DNA from: Candidatus Saccharimonadota bacterium
Lineage (GTDB): Bacteria; Patescibacteriota; Saccharimonadia; Saccharimonadales; Saccharimonadaceae
Assembly: GCA_017510985.1 (NCBI GenBank)
Contig: JAFWLR010000001.1
Span: 1,384 to 65,383, forward strand
Reading direction: 5' to 3'
Length of the DNA: 64,000 nt
The notes under the pieces were generated by a model, which saw nothing but the letters and a program-made list of their open reading frames with translations, made no database searches and was not told the origin of the DNA. This document shows positions 29,107 through 38,372 of the stretch, one piece after another. The position numbers and the translations under genes are program-made. Numbering within the stretch: position 1 is the first letter of the stretch; every line of letters starts with the position of its first letter.

Positions 29107-29196
29107 TGGCGGAAAGGACAGGATTTGAACCTGCGAACGAGTTGCCCCGTTACACGCTTTCCAAGCGTGCGCCTTAAACCACTCGGCCACCTTTCC
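29107..29196 (-). tRNA. tRNA-Ser(GGA)
   Basis: Anticodon arm CACGC-TT GGA AA-GCGTG, long variable arm, CCA. Confidence 0.95.
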
Positions 29197-29310
29197 GTGT
29201 ACAATTTTTATCATACCACAGATTACGCATAAAATAAAGTTAATTAGTTTTGGCATGCAACTCTTGGACTTTTCTTAAGAACAAGTCTAATAAAAGAACT
29301 TCAGCTTGAA

Positions 29311-29341
29311 AATTAAAACGGGAGTGAATCCCGTTTTAATT
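29311..29341 (-). terminator. Rho-independent terminator
   Basis: AATTAAAACGGGA-gtgaa-TCCCGTTTTAATT. Confidence 0.8.
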
Positions 29342-29346
29342 TTGGA

Positions 29347-30747
29347 TTATTGATTATTGGCGATGCAACGGAGGGAACGCCCAAAATGGCGATAAATATT
29401 ATATGCTGTATCTATATCAGACTGAGTTATACGTAATATTAACATGCGTTGAGAATTATTGCCATAGGTGGAAGACCAAAAATAACCTACTACATTCCAA
29501 TCGTGCGTAGATGCGTCGTGAAAATTTCCGGACAGTGGAGTAGAGAGAGCGATACGAAAATTATTGGGGGTATCATATTCGGCATTGAGTGTCTGATATT
29601 CACTAGATGTCCCTCCGGTTGGCATTCGCCAATTAAATGGACAAATATCATGCCCTGCGTTACCCATTCCACTGCTACCATCGTAGCAATAGGTTCCGCC
29701 ACTAGCGGCACAATAGTTATAATATACTCCTATTTTGCCGCTAGCTGTGCCATAACTAACAACATCTGTGTTATATTTATAGGTTGCGTTAATTTTGGCA
29801 TTAGTCCAAGAGTTGAAATTACTCGTCACCCCCTTTGGCAACGTCCACGCAGCCTCTATATTAGTGTCCTGTGGCGTTAGCTCTATAGTATGATCATTGC
29901 TCCCTAATCTTAAATTATCAAGTAACCAACATCTCTCATCCTTTAACTTACCTACCCAATAGACTTCATTGTCTCTAGTATCTATTAGTTGAATGTGGCT
30001 TTGATCATCATAAAGTTCTACAGCACTACATATATCTGCTGACATATCCTGCATTTTATAATAACCATTAAGCATGGTTATGGTAGAACCAGGCTGTGCT
30101 GCTGCTTCTTCGAAGGCATCATAGAAAGAGACTGGTTTAGGGTTACCTACAGCAATAAAGTTAATAAGGTTCTGATATTCACCTGCAGCTAATGTATCAT
30201 CAGCTCTAGCTCCTATTTTAAACTTAAGCCGATCACCAGTAGAAGCAGTAGTTTGATTAGATGATCTTAGAGTAGTAATATGTTCGGTATCACTATATAG
30301 TGGCAAACCAGAATAATTAGACCAAGTAGGGGATACTACCATTTGATCTGAATAACTATAACCCCATGTATTAGGATCAAAGTTAGATAGAGTAGATAGA
30401 CTAGAGTTATAATCTAGACTAGTGAAGAAGGCATTACTACTAGCTGTATTAACTAGATTTCTATTATAACTACTATATGGACTATCACTACTGCCTACAC
30501 TACTTTTTAATATATAGCCTGTGCTATTATTACTTAGAACTGTAATATCTATTACATTACTATCACTATAGTTTCCTGGTGCTAATTCATCTATGATGAG
30601 ATCACCTGAGATGCTGAGGCTGATGGAGGGGCTTATTGTGAAGTTGATGCCGGCGTTAGTCTGGTATTCTAGTCCATAAACACTACTACTATATATAGCA
30701 GCTCCTAATATGCCTAGAGTTAATACTGATATGATTTTTGCCTTCAT
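29347..30747 (-). CDS. Secreted protein with C-terminal FISUMP (Fibrobacter major paralogous) domain
   Basis: Signal peptide; DTRD..Y, CWLLDNL, YYNYCAA, ICP..WRMPT, FWSST, G.SLRCI; GGAGG RBS. Confidence 0.85.
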   Translation of the reverse strand: MKAKIISVLTLGILGAAIYSSSVYGLEYQTNAGINFTISPSISLSISGDLIIDELAPGNYSDSNVIDITVLSNNSTGYILKSSVGSSDSPYSSYNRNLVNTASSNAFFTSLDYNSSLSTLSNFDPNTWGYSYSDQMVVSPTWSNYSGLPLYSDTEHITTLRSSNQTTASTGDRLKFKIGARADDTLAAGEYQNLINFIAVGNPKPVSFYDAFEEAAAQPGSTITMLNGYYKMQDMSADICSAVELYDDQSHIQLIDTRDNEVYWVGKLKDERCWLLDNLRLGSNDHTIELTPQDTNIEAAWTLPKGVTSNFNSWTNAKINATYKYNTDVVSYGTASGKIGVYYNYCAASGGTYCYDGSSGMGNAGHDICPFNWRMPTGGTSSEYQTLNAEYDTPNNFRIALSTPLSGNFHDASTHDWNVVGYFWSSTYGNNSQRMLILRITQSDIDTAYNIYRHFGRSLRCIANNQ

Positions 30748-30778
30748 GTTTGCCTCCGCCTTTGATTTACCTTTATCT

Positions 30779-30879
30779 CTGGACGGGTCCTGCCGGACAT
30801 TTCCTTCCCACGGCGTCCTCTCGGAGCTAAAGCTCCTGCGAGCTCCGTGGGAACCCTCCCATGTCCGTCACCCGTCCAT
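30779..30879. repeat. Palindromic element in 5' UTR, same family as FemABX insertion
   Basis: Nested stems TGGACGGG/CCCGTCCA, CGGACAT/ATGTCCG, TCCCACGG/CCGTGGGA. Confidence 0.82.
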
Positions 30880-30930
30880 ATTAAACTTCATTTATCCCCC
30901 GGCGGTGCCATCTTAGCAAAAGGCGTATAC

Positions 30931-31068
30931 AAAAATGGCACCGCGAGGGTGTCAATTATCAATTACTTGGTCGAATAGGCCCAGCAACTAATGCCTCGTG
31001 GTGCCATTATTATTGCTGGGAATTTATTCGGTAAATAAGACCCATTCGTTTAATAATTGATAATTGAC
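30931..31068 (-). promoter_or_regulatory. Structured leader RNA (copy 3)
   Basis: Perfect 15-bp outer stem 30951-30965/31054-31068; inner CCCAGCAA/TTGCTGGG; 30994-31008 complementary to 30934-30948; TGtTACAAT upstream. Confidence 0.78.
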
Positions 31069-31116
31069 TTATAATTTTATTGTAACACACTTTTTAAAAA
31101 TATGTGGTAAATAAAG

Positions 31117-32376
31117 TTAGGAAAGGATGACGAGGTTTTCGATATGGGGCGTGTGGGGGAAGAAGTTGAAAGTGGTGATTTGTTCGATAGTGTATTTATC
31201 TAATAAAAGTTTAAGGTCGCGGGCTTGAGTGGCGGGATTGCAAGATAGATAAATGATTTTGGCGGGGTGGGCCTCTAATAATTTTTCTATCAATTTACGG
31301 TCGCAGCCGGCGCGAGGAGGGTCCAAAATGACGGTTTGGTCGGGTGCGATATATTCTAAAACTTCTTCTGATTTAGACAGAATGACAAAAATATCACCAT
31401 TTCGGACACGTGTCCGGCCGGCCCGTCGACCCTCCGGGTCGTCCGCGTCCCAAGGGGCGGTCTGCCACGGGCGGCCGGCACTAATTCTCGCCTTGCCAGG
31501 CTCCGAAATATCCTCAATGGTGATATTCTTTGCCATTTCCTTAAAAGCGGATTTATCTACCTCAACTAAGGTGAGGTGCTTGTCTCTGGCGACGGATAGG
31601 CCGATGGTGCCAACGCCGGCGTAGAGGTCTAAGACCTGATCGGTAGTAATGTGCGGTTTGATTTCTGTAAGAGCAAGTTCGTAAACTGGAAGATTGATTT
31701 GGAAAAAGCCGTTGGGGGAGTAGGAGTACTCATGACCTAAGATAGTGTCAGTAAGAGGTAAAAATTTTGGATGGGGTTTATGATTCTCGTAGAGACCACC
31801 CCCCACCTCGCCTTTTTGATTACAACGGAGTAAGAGGGATTGATATTTGCGAGCCTCTTCGCCGCGAGCGTTAAGGTCGTCAATAATTTTAGTGGCACGC
31901 TGGAAAATTTCAGGACGCTCAATAGAAGATTGAGCAATAGGGATTTTACGATGAGAACCGCGCTGGTGAAAAGCAAGCTCTATTTGATTAGTTAGATGGT
32001 CCCAATAGAGAGCATACTCCATTTTATTGCGGTAACAATAATCACGGCCATCGGTAATGATTTTAGGGGTGTCAATGATAATGTTGTGTTCATGGAAAAT
32101 TTCAACTACTAGAGATTGTTTTTGAGTTAGCTCATAATTATAATCCATAATTTGCCAAGGGGAAGTGGAAAGATAACAGTAATCTAAGGGCTGAACGCGA
32201 TGAGGGGAAGGATTTTGAATTTCGGTAGCAATAGCTTCAGAATAATGAGATTTATGTTTAGTAATGTTGTATTTCACGATAGTTTCACCGGGTAAAGCAT
32301 TCCAAAAAAAGACTTTACGACCATCTGCATCAGTACTAAGACCCATGCCACCCGGGATAAGTTTCTCTATAATCAC
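31117..32376 (-). CDS. TrmA/RlmD-family RNA (uracil-5)-methyltransferase with in-frame insertion
   Basis: TRAM-like N-terminus, FFQIN, LDLYAGVGTIG, LDPPRAG, YLSCNPAT.ARD, FPHTPHIE. Confidence 0.92.
   Translation of the reverse strand: MIIEKLIPGGMGLSTDADGRKVFFWNALPGETIVKYNITKHKSHYSEAIATEIQNPSPHRVQPLDYCYLSTSPWQIMDYNYELTQKQSLVVEIFHEHNIIIDTPKIITDGRDYCYRNKMEYALYWDHLTNQIELAFHQRGSHRKIPIAQSSIERPEIFQRATKIIDDLNARGEEARKYQSLLLRCNQKGEVGGGLYENHKPHPKFLPLTDTILGHEYSYSPNGFFQINLPVYELALTEIKPHITTDQVLDLYAGVGTIGLSVARDKHLTLVEVDKSAFKEMAKNITIEDISEPGKARISAGRPWQTAPWDADDPEGRRAGRTRVRNGDIFVILSKSEEVLEYIAPDQTVILDPPRAGCDRKLIEKLLEAHPAKIIYLSCNPATQARDLKLLLDKYTIEQITTFNFFPHTPHIENLVILS
31381..31537. repeat. In-frame palindromic element in RNA methyltransferase
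   Basis: AATATCACCATT (31390-31401) / AATGGTGATATT (31516-31527); inner ATTTCGGA/TCCGAAAT, CGGACAC/GTGTCCG, GCCCGT/ACGGGC, CGACCC/GGGTCG. Confidence 0.88.
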
Positions 32377-32416
32377 CCTAGTATTATACCATAAAATATG
32401 TTATAATTTGCTTATT

Positions 32417-34639
32417 ATGACAGCAGAAGAAGTGCTGCGAGAAAGCGAAGGTCTAGCACTAGAGAACAATCAGATAGTATCCCATGTGACGGGAAAAAAT
32501 ATTGACGTTAAAAAAATAAAAAAGGCTAAATCTCTGGGGGCGATGGGATTTATAACGTTGATGTTGGTAGTTTTTGCCGTGTTATTTAGCTCGGGAAATT
32601 TAATACCTTCGGCACTTTCGGAAAGGCTAATCGAAGAGACTGATGTACAGTATGCGGATGCGGTAGGGAGTAAACAAGTAGTGTTTCAGCAGGCGATGCG
32701 AGAGGGAAATTTACCAGAAAATACCGTGGCAATTTTAAAAGAAAAAGGGGTGGAGGTAGGATATATAGAGAGTGGAGAATTTATAGAAGCTAATGAACAT
32801 GAGGGGGGGTTAGTACTGAAAATGAAAGATAAAATTATTACAACGGATGATTTTATCAGAGAGGTGTCAACTGATGTAGATCTCTATAATGCATTAAATG
32901 AGGCAACTTATTCACGAGCGGCGTATTATTTTGATGATGCCGCAAAAGAGGTGTTCCGAGAAATAGGGACGACGCGGAATAATTATACGAGTGAAACAGA
33001 TTTTAATGAAGTAATGGACCAGTTAATGGGGAATGGGAGTCAGGTGAATGTAAATAATGTAGAAGCGATTACAGGTGAGGGTGAGGATGGGAAGGCTTAT
33101 GCCGAATACCAAAGTACAGGTACGGTAGCTAAATCTAGTGGAGGAGCGACGGAGTTTATTAGAGATGTAGGGGCACAAAATGTGGCTGGTAGCGCCACGG
33201 AAGCCACTTTAAATTCGGCCGATGCTCTAAAAGTAGCAGACACTATTTCAGAAGAACAACGGTCTGAACTATTCTTCTTAGGGATAATGGAAAATATTAG
33301 CAAAATGAAAGAGGGTGAGGGAAGTGAAGCCAAAGTAAACGAGGCGATGAATTATTTATATGAAACACGAGAAAATGAGGTGGTAGATGTAAAAACTGGG
33401 GAAATAATAAAAGTTAAAGGGACAGCTTTTGATTCGCCAAGTTTATACGCAATACTAGCGGGAACAAAGGTAAATAGTGCGGCGGTAGAAAACTATTCTT
33501 CGGACCGAATTTTAAAAACAGTAGAAAATATACTTGGTACTAATAACGGAAATGAGGCAATTAAGGGCACAGTAGCATCAACTAATTCGGGATTGAAGGG
33601 TTCGGTGGGGAGGTTTTTGACAACAAGTGGGGAAGGAGCATCAATAGAAACTTTAAATGCAGTAACTAAAACTGTAGATAATTCGCTAGTAAATAATTCC
33701 TTTAAGACAATTGGGGGAGTAGATGCAGGAGAATTTCTAGTAAAAGGCGCGGTAAACACAGGAAAAAGATTAGCAATGGCAAGTGGAGGAACAGCGGGTG
33801 ATGCGGCAGCAATAACCGAATATGCCCGAATGACATCTACGGTACTAGCGATGGATGCAGCGGCAGATAGGTTAAACCGAAGTCCGTTTGATGTGACCTC
33901 AAAAAACACCTTTCTTGGGTCAATCATGTATAAATTAGCGGTAGCGAGTACTGGGGTGTCTAAAACATTGTTCTCCGGAGTAAAGACGTTTTCTAGCACG
34001 GTTAATAATGCAATAGTATCTTTGATACCAAATAGTTATGCAGATGAAGCTAATGGATACTTAACGGAATTCGGGGCATGCGAAACTTATAGTACGATTG
34101 GAGTGGTAGGGTCACCTCAGTGCGCAGAGATAGCAACTTTTGACACCTCTACCCTAAATGACCCTTTTAATAACTCAGAGTTTATTGAATTTATAAATAA
34201 TAATACAACCTTGAGTGCTTCTGGAAAAAGAACGATAAATAATGGTTCTACGCTGGCAAATTTTATTCTTTATAATAATAAACGGAAAACACCACTAGGG
34301 GTGGTGGATGGAGGGATACTAGATTCACTGGGATCCGGTTCGTCATCAGTACCGTTTGTGGCGGATATAGTGGGAATGATACAAGGTTTTTTGGGGGCAT
34401 CGGAAAGTGATAAGAGAATTGCGTCGGGAGCGGAATATGTAAATTCATCAAGTAATAGTAGTTGGCAAACTTATAAGTATGCGCAGAGATATGTGTCGCT
34501 AGCGAGAGCAACCGAATCGTTGCGGCGATACGCTGGCGGGTCTAGTGCTTATAATAATATTTATGGGTTTGAAGGTGAGCAGAACCCGGTGATTGCATTC
34601 TTAGACGAATATTATGCTATTCTATATCCTCAACACTAG
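32417..34639 (+). CDS. Large membrane-anchored hypothetical protein
   Basis: Start revised to MTAEEV after TGtTATAAT; N-terminal TM helix. Confidence 0.75.
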   Translation: MTAEEVLRESEGLALENNQIVSHVTGKNIDVKKIKKAKSLGAMGFITLMLVVFAVLFSSGNLIPSALSERLIEETDVQYADAVGSKQVVFQQAMREGNLPENTVAILKEKGVEVGYIESGEFIEANEHEGGLVLKMKDKIITTDDFIREVSTDVDLYNALNEATYSRAAYYFDDAAKEVFREIGTTRNNYTSETDFNEVMDQLMGNGSQVNVNNVEAITGEGEDGKAYAEYQSTGTVAKSSGGATEFIRDVGAQNVAGSATEATLNSADALKVADTISEEQRSELFFLGIMENISKMKEGEGSEAKVNEAMNYLYETRENEVVDVKTGEIIKVKGTAFDSPSLYAILAGTKVNSAAVENYSSDRILKTVENILGTNNGNEAIKGTVASTNSGLKGSVGRFLTTSGEGASIETLNAVTKTVDNSLVNNSFKTIGGVDAGEFLVKGAVNTGKRLAMASGGTAGDAAAITEYARMTSTVLAMDAAADRLNRSPFDVTSKNTFLGSIMYKLAVASTGVSKTLFSGVKTFSSTVNNAIVSLIPNSYADEANGYLTEFGACETYSTIGVVGSPQCAEIATFDTSTLNDPFNNSEFIEFINNNTTLSASGKRTINNGSTLANFILYNNKRKTPLGVVDGGILDSLGSGSSSVPFVADIVGMIQGFLGASESDKRIASGAEYVNSSSNSSWQTYKYAQRYVSLARATESLRRYAGGSSAYNNIYGFEGEQNPVIAFLDEYYAILYPQH

Positions 34640-35615
34640 TTAAAATGACCTGGTGGTTTTTGAAATTTTCGACTAGACATCTACGACGAGAATCGTCTAG
34701 TTCGGAAAAGACATCATCTAGAAGAATAAGGGGTTTTTGATGTAAGATTTCTTCGATTAGTTTAGCTTCAATAAATTTGAGAGCGAGGATAATAGAGCGA
34801 GTTTCGCCACGCGAGGCGGAGCCGTCCGCGGGGTTGGTATTGAATTCAAAAAGGTAATCGTCACGATGAATACCAAAGGTAGTATGACCGAGATAAGAAT
34901 CTTTTTGATAATTCTGTTCCAACTGGTTAAGATAGGTCTGCTCGGTAAGATTTTTAACTTCACTATGGTAAATGATTTGAATAGTATCGGTATTGTTAGC
35001 AATAGAATGGTAGGTATTTTCAAGTAGGGAATTAATTTTAGTAATATACTGCTCACGAGTGGAAGTAATATAGGTACCAAGACGAGCGAGGATAATATTC
35101 CAGGAAAAGAGAGATTCTTTAATAAGGCGATCGGATTTTAAAATTTCATTACGCTGCCTTAATGCTTTTTTATATTTAGTGAGGCTCGTAGAATAAGTTT
35201 CGTCTAGCTGACTAAAGATGAGGTCAAAATAATCGCGGCGGCGGCCGGGAGCGTGACTAATTAAATTAAGGTCGGAGGGTAAAAAAAGAATAATGGGGTA
35301 TTTATTTTTACTCGGTAGGCGTTTAGATTTTTTATCCAGAGTAATAAAAGTTTTAACTTTGCCGTCGTAAGTGGCAGCGATAGTTTCACCGTTAGAATAA
35401 CTGAGTTCGATACGGTAAAAATCGGTGCCACGCTTAATAATTTCGGGGTCGGTAGCACGGAAGCTTTTGCCGCGAGTAAGGATGTAGATAGCTTCAAGGA
35501 CAGAAGTTTTACCACAGCCGTTTTTACCCAAAATAAGGGAGGTTTCATCCTGGCACTCTAGAGAGTAATGGGAATGGTTACGAAAATTAGTGAGTTTGAT
35601 GGATTTGATAATCAT
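34617..35615 (-). CDS. recF: DNA replication/repair protein RecF
   Basis: LTNFRN, GKNGCGKTS.LEAI, GIHRDD, SRGE, LLDDVFSELD. Confidence 0.95.
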   Translation of the reverse strand: MIIKSIKLTNFRNHSHYSLECQDETSLILGKNGCGKTSVLEAIYILTRGKSFRATDPEIIKRGTDFYRIELSYSNGETIAATYDGKVKTFITLDKKSKRLPSKNKYPIILFLPSDLNLISHAPGRRRDYFDLIFSQLDETYSTSLTKYKKALRQRNEILKSDRLIKESLFSWNIILARLGTYITSTREQYITKINSLLENTYHSIANNTDTIQIIYHSEVKNLTEQTYLNQLEQNYQKDSYLGHTTFGIHRDDYLFEFNTNPADGSASRGETRSIILALKFIEAKLIEEILHQKPLILLDDVFSELDDSRRRCLVENFKNHQVILTSVEDIE

Positions 35616-36715
35616 TAGGAATTAAGTGGCATTATAATATGAGTATATTTATTACTCTTTTTATTTTTAAGTAAGATAGGAGCGATACGGTCGGAAAAAT
35701 TAAATTCAACTTCAGGCTCTTCAAGGGCATTAAGAGCATCTAAAAGGAAACGAGAATTAAGATTGATTTTACCGTCTTTAGTAACTGGAGTTTTAATCAT
35801 AGAATCGTTCTCACCAAATTCATTAGCAATGGATTTGACGGAAAAAATATCGGGGGTTTTAGTTTCACAAACAATAGAACCACCAACCGAACGAGCAAAG
35901 AGAGCGGCGAGTTTAGTGACACGAACTAATTCTTCGCGGTTTAAAGTGGCGTGAATATTACAATCTTTAGGGATAAGTTTTTGGTAATCAGGAAAACTAG
36001 CGTCTATTAGTTTAGAAATAATCTCTACTTCACCCAGACGGAAACGAACAAGATCTTCGTTGAAAGTTATTTCTATTTCTTCCACATCGTCAGTAATAGA
36101 ACGGAGGACCTCTTGAAGGGAATTAGCGGGTACGATAGCCTTAACCTCACTTTTAACTTTATCTATGAGCTGTTTTTCGGCGAGGCGATAACCGTCGGTG
36201 GCGGCGATAGCTAGGCGATCACCATCAGTATTGAAATAAACACCAGTAAGGGCGGGACGGGTGAGATCGTTACTACTAGCGATAATAACTTGGCTAATAC
36301 TAGTCTTAAATTCATCAACGCCAATTTTGTAAGTGACGGCAGATTTTTCATTAATTTCAGGGAGTTCAGGAAAATCATCAGCGATAGCACCATTGATAGT
36401 GGAAGAATATTGACCAGCAGTAATAGTGACTTTGGTATCTTTGTTAGAGATTTCAATAGTTTCGTCTTTAGGAAGATTAGAAACAAATTCGGCAAGGAGC
36501 TTAGCGGGGACAGTAATAACACCGTTTTCAGAATTAGAAACAGGAAGGAAGTCCACTACTGCCATATCTAGATTAGTGGTAATAAGAGAAACTTTTTTAT
36601 CATTTACTCGAATAAGAACATTATTTAAGATAGGTAGGGTGACTTTGCCAATAGCAATACGACTGACGTTATTTAATGCGCGACTAAGTTTGGCTTGAGT
36701 AACTTTGATTTTCAT
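35615..36715 (-). CDS. dnaN: DNA polymerase III beta clamp
   Basis: LPILNNVL, RPALTGV, ATDGYRLA, IMPL; position after dnaA. Confidence 0.96.
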   Translation of the reverse strand: MKIKVTQAKLSRALNNVSRIAIGKVTLPILNNVLIRVNDKKVSLITTNLDMAVVDFLPVSNSENGVITVPAKLLAEFVSNLPKDETIEISNKDTKVTITAGQYSSTINGAIADDFPELPEINEKSAVTYKIGVDEFKTSISQVIIASSNDLTRPALTGVYFNTDGDRLAIAATDGYRLAEKQLIDKVKSEVKAIVPANSLQEVLRSITDDVEEIEITFNEDLVRFRLGEVEIISKLIDASFPDYQKLIPKDCNIHATLNREELVRVTKLAALFARSVGGSIVCETKTPDIFSVKSIANEFGENDSMIKTPVTKDGKINLNSRFLLDALNALEEPEVEFNFSDRIAPILLKNKKSNKYTHIIMPLNS

Positions 36716-36957
36716 TTTAAGTCCTTTCTAATATATTAATATTGTAGAAGTAATAGTAGGTACGGTGGAATAGTGGAAAAGTAAGGTAATTTATAGAGGT
36801 GGGTGGGTGGTGAGAAAGTGGGTGGGAAAATTGGGAAAAGTAGGTGGGAAAGTGAGGATTTACACAAGTTTTTATGTAGGGCTGATAAAATACACAATTT
36901 TTTGTGCTAGATATGCACAGTGTTTTACGCAGAGTTTTACACGAAGTTTTACACATA
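36716..36957. promoter_or_regulatory. dnaA-dnaN intergenic region with DnaA-box-like repeats (candidate oriC part)
   Basis: GTTTTAC(G/A)C at 36922, 36934, 36946 (12-bp period), several GTGG(G)AAA motifs, AT-rich stretch near 36730. Confidence 0.55.
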
Positions 36958-38322
36958 CTAACCATAGAGTTTTTCCTTGATTTCTTCAATTTGGTCACGG
37001 AGGGTAAAATTGAGTTTGAGATCGTCTTCGATTTTTTTAATGCCATGCATGACTGTAGTATGGTCTTTGACGCCGACTTCGGCGGCGATTTTATTGGTGC
37101 TGAGATTGAGTTCTTTAGAAAGAATAAACATAGCGACTTGACGAGCGTTTTTAATATTGGCAACACGGGATTTACTGCAGAGTTCTTTGGGGGTGAGATC
37201 GTAATATTTGGCGACTTTTTCGACAATTTGTTTAGAAGAAACTGGGCGGAGTTTAGAAGATTTATTGACAGATACGGAGCCGTTTTCGATTAATTCTAGA
37301 GGAGTGAGGCCGCGAACTTCAGACATTAAGAGGATGGTAGAAAATTCACCTTCTAGATCACGAATATTAGTGTTGACGTTTTCGGCGATGTATTCGATGG
37401 CTTCGGGTTCGATTTCGGCACCCATAAGCTCGGCTTTGGCACGGAGGATGGCGCATTTATCTTCGAACTTGGGGAGCTGAAGGTCGAAGGCGCCGGCCCA
37501 AGTAAGGCGAGAGGCGAGACGCTCGTCAACGGTTTTGATTTGGGAGGGGAGGCGGTCTGAGGTGACGATAATTTGTTTATTTAATTGATAGAGATTATTA
37601 AAAATATTGAAAAATTCCTCTTGGGATTTTTCTTTATTCATAATGAATTGAAAATCGTCGATGATAAGGCAGTCTAAATCTTGAAATTTGCGGTTAAAAT
37701 CTTTACCTTTACCTTTGCGGACGGCGTCGACGAAATCGGAAAAGAAATCAGAAATAGGAGTGTAGAGGATTTTGTAGTCAGGATTATGAGATAAGAGTGC
37801 GTTGCCGATAGCTTGGACGAGGTGGGTTTTGCCAAGGCCGGGACCACCATAAAGAAAGAAAGGGTTGTAACGATCACCAGGGGAATCAATAATGCTTTTA
37901 GCAGCGGCAACGGCGACGTCATTGTTACTACCAACGATGAAATTATCGATGGTGTATTTTTGGTTAAGTCCGTTGTGGTGAGGTTTTTCAACTTTACGAG
38001 GGGAGCGAGGAATGGATTTAAGACGGTCGCGGATATTAAGACCGTCGGCAATAACTTCACGAGAACGAATTTTGGTTTTGAGGGGAGTTTTAACTTCGAA
38101 ACTAATATCTTCTACGGGAATTTGGTTGTTTTTAAGAGCGGTGGCGATAAGGTCATAGTAACGGTTACGGAGCTGTTTGACATAGAAAGTGTTTTTGACG
38201 CCGATTTTAATCTGGCCATCCTTAGTGGAAATAAGAGCAGTGTCTTGGAACCAAGTGGAAAAGTTGGCTGGGGACAATTGTTGCTCGATTTCAGCTAGTG
38301 CGTTTTGCCAAACGTCATACAT
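36958..38322 (-). CDS. dnaA: Chromosomal replication initiator DnaA
   Basis: YNPFFLYGGPGLGKTHL, IDDFQF, RL.SR, NIRDLEG, DHTTVMHG. Confidence 0.98.
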   Translation of the reverse strand: MYDVWQNALAEIEQQLSPANFSTWFQDTALISTKDGQIKIGVKNTFYVKQLRNRYYDLIATALKNNQIPVEDISFEVKTPLKTKIRSREVIADGLNIRDRLKSIPRSPRKVEKPHHNGLNQKYTIDNFIVGSNNDVAVAAAKSIIDSPGDRYNPFFLYGGPGLGKTHLVQAIGNALLSHNPDYKILYTPISDFFSDFVDAVRKGKGKDFNRKFQDLDCLIIDDFQFIMNKEKSQEEFFNIFNNLYQLNKQIIVTSDRLPSQIKTVDERLASRLTWAGAFDLQLPKFEDKCAILRAKAELMGAEIEPEAIEYIAENVNTNIRDLEGEFSTILLMSEVRGLTPLELIENGSVSVNKSSKLRPVSSKQIVEKVAKYYDLTPKELCSKSRVANIKNARQVAMFILSKELNLSTNKIAAEVGVKDHTTVMHGIKKIEDDLKLNFTLRDQIEEIKEKLYG

Positions 38323-38372
38323 TGTGGATGTGACCTCCTTACTGTGTACTTATTATAGCACGAAAATGAGAG

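Noticed and set aside
36717-37226. 169 aa ORF overlapping the dnaA 3' end and intergenic region
   Set aside because: Overlaps dnaA out of frame and crosses the DnaA-box-like repeats; no protein features.
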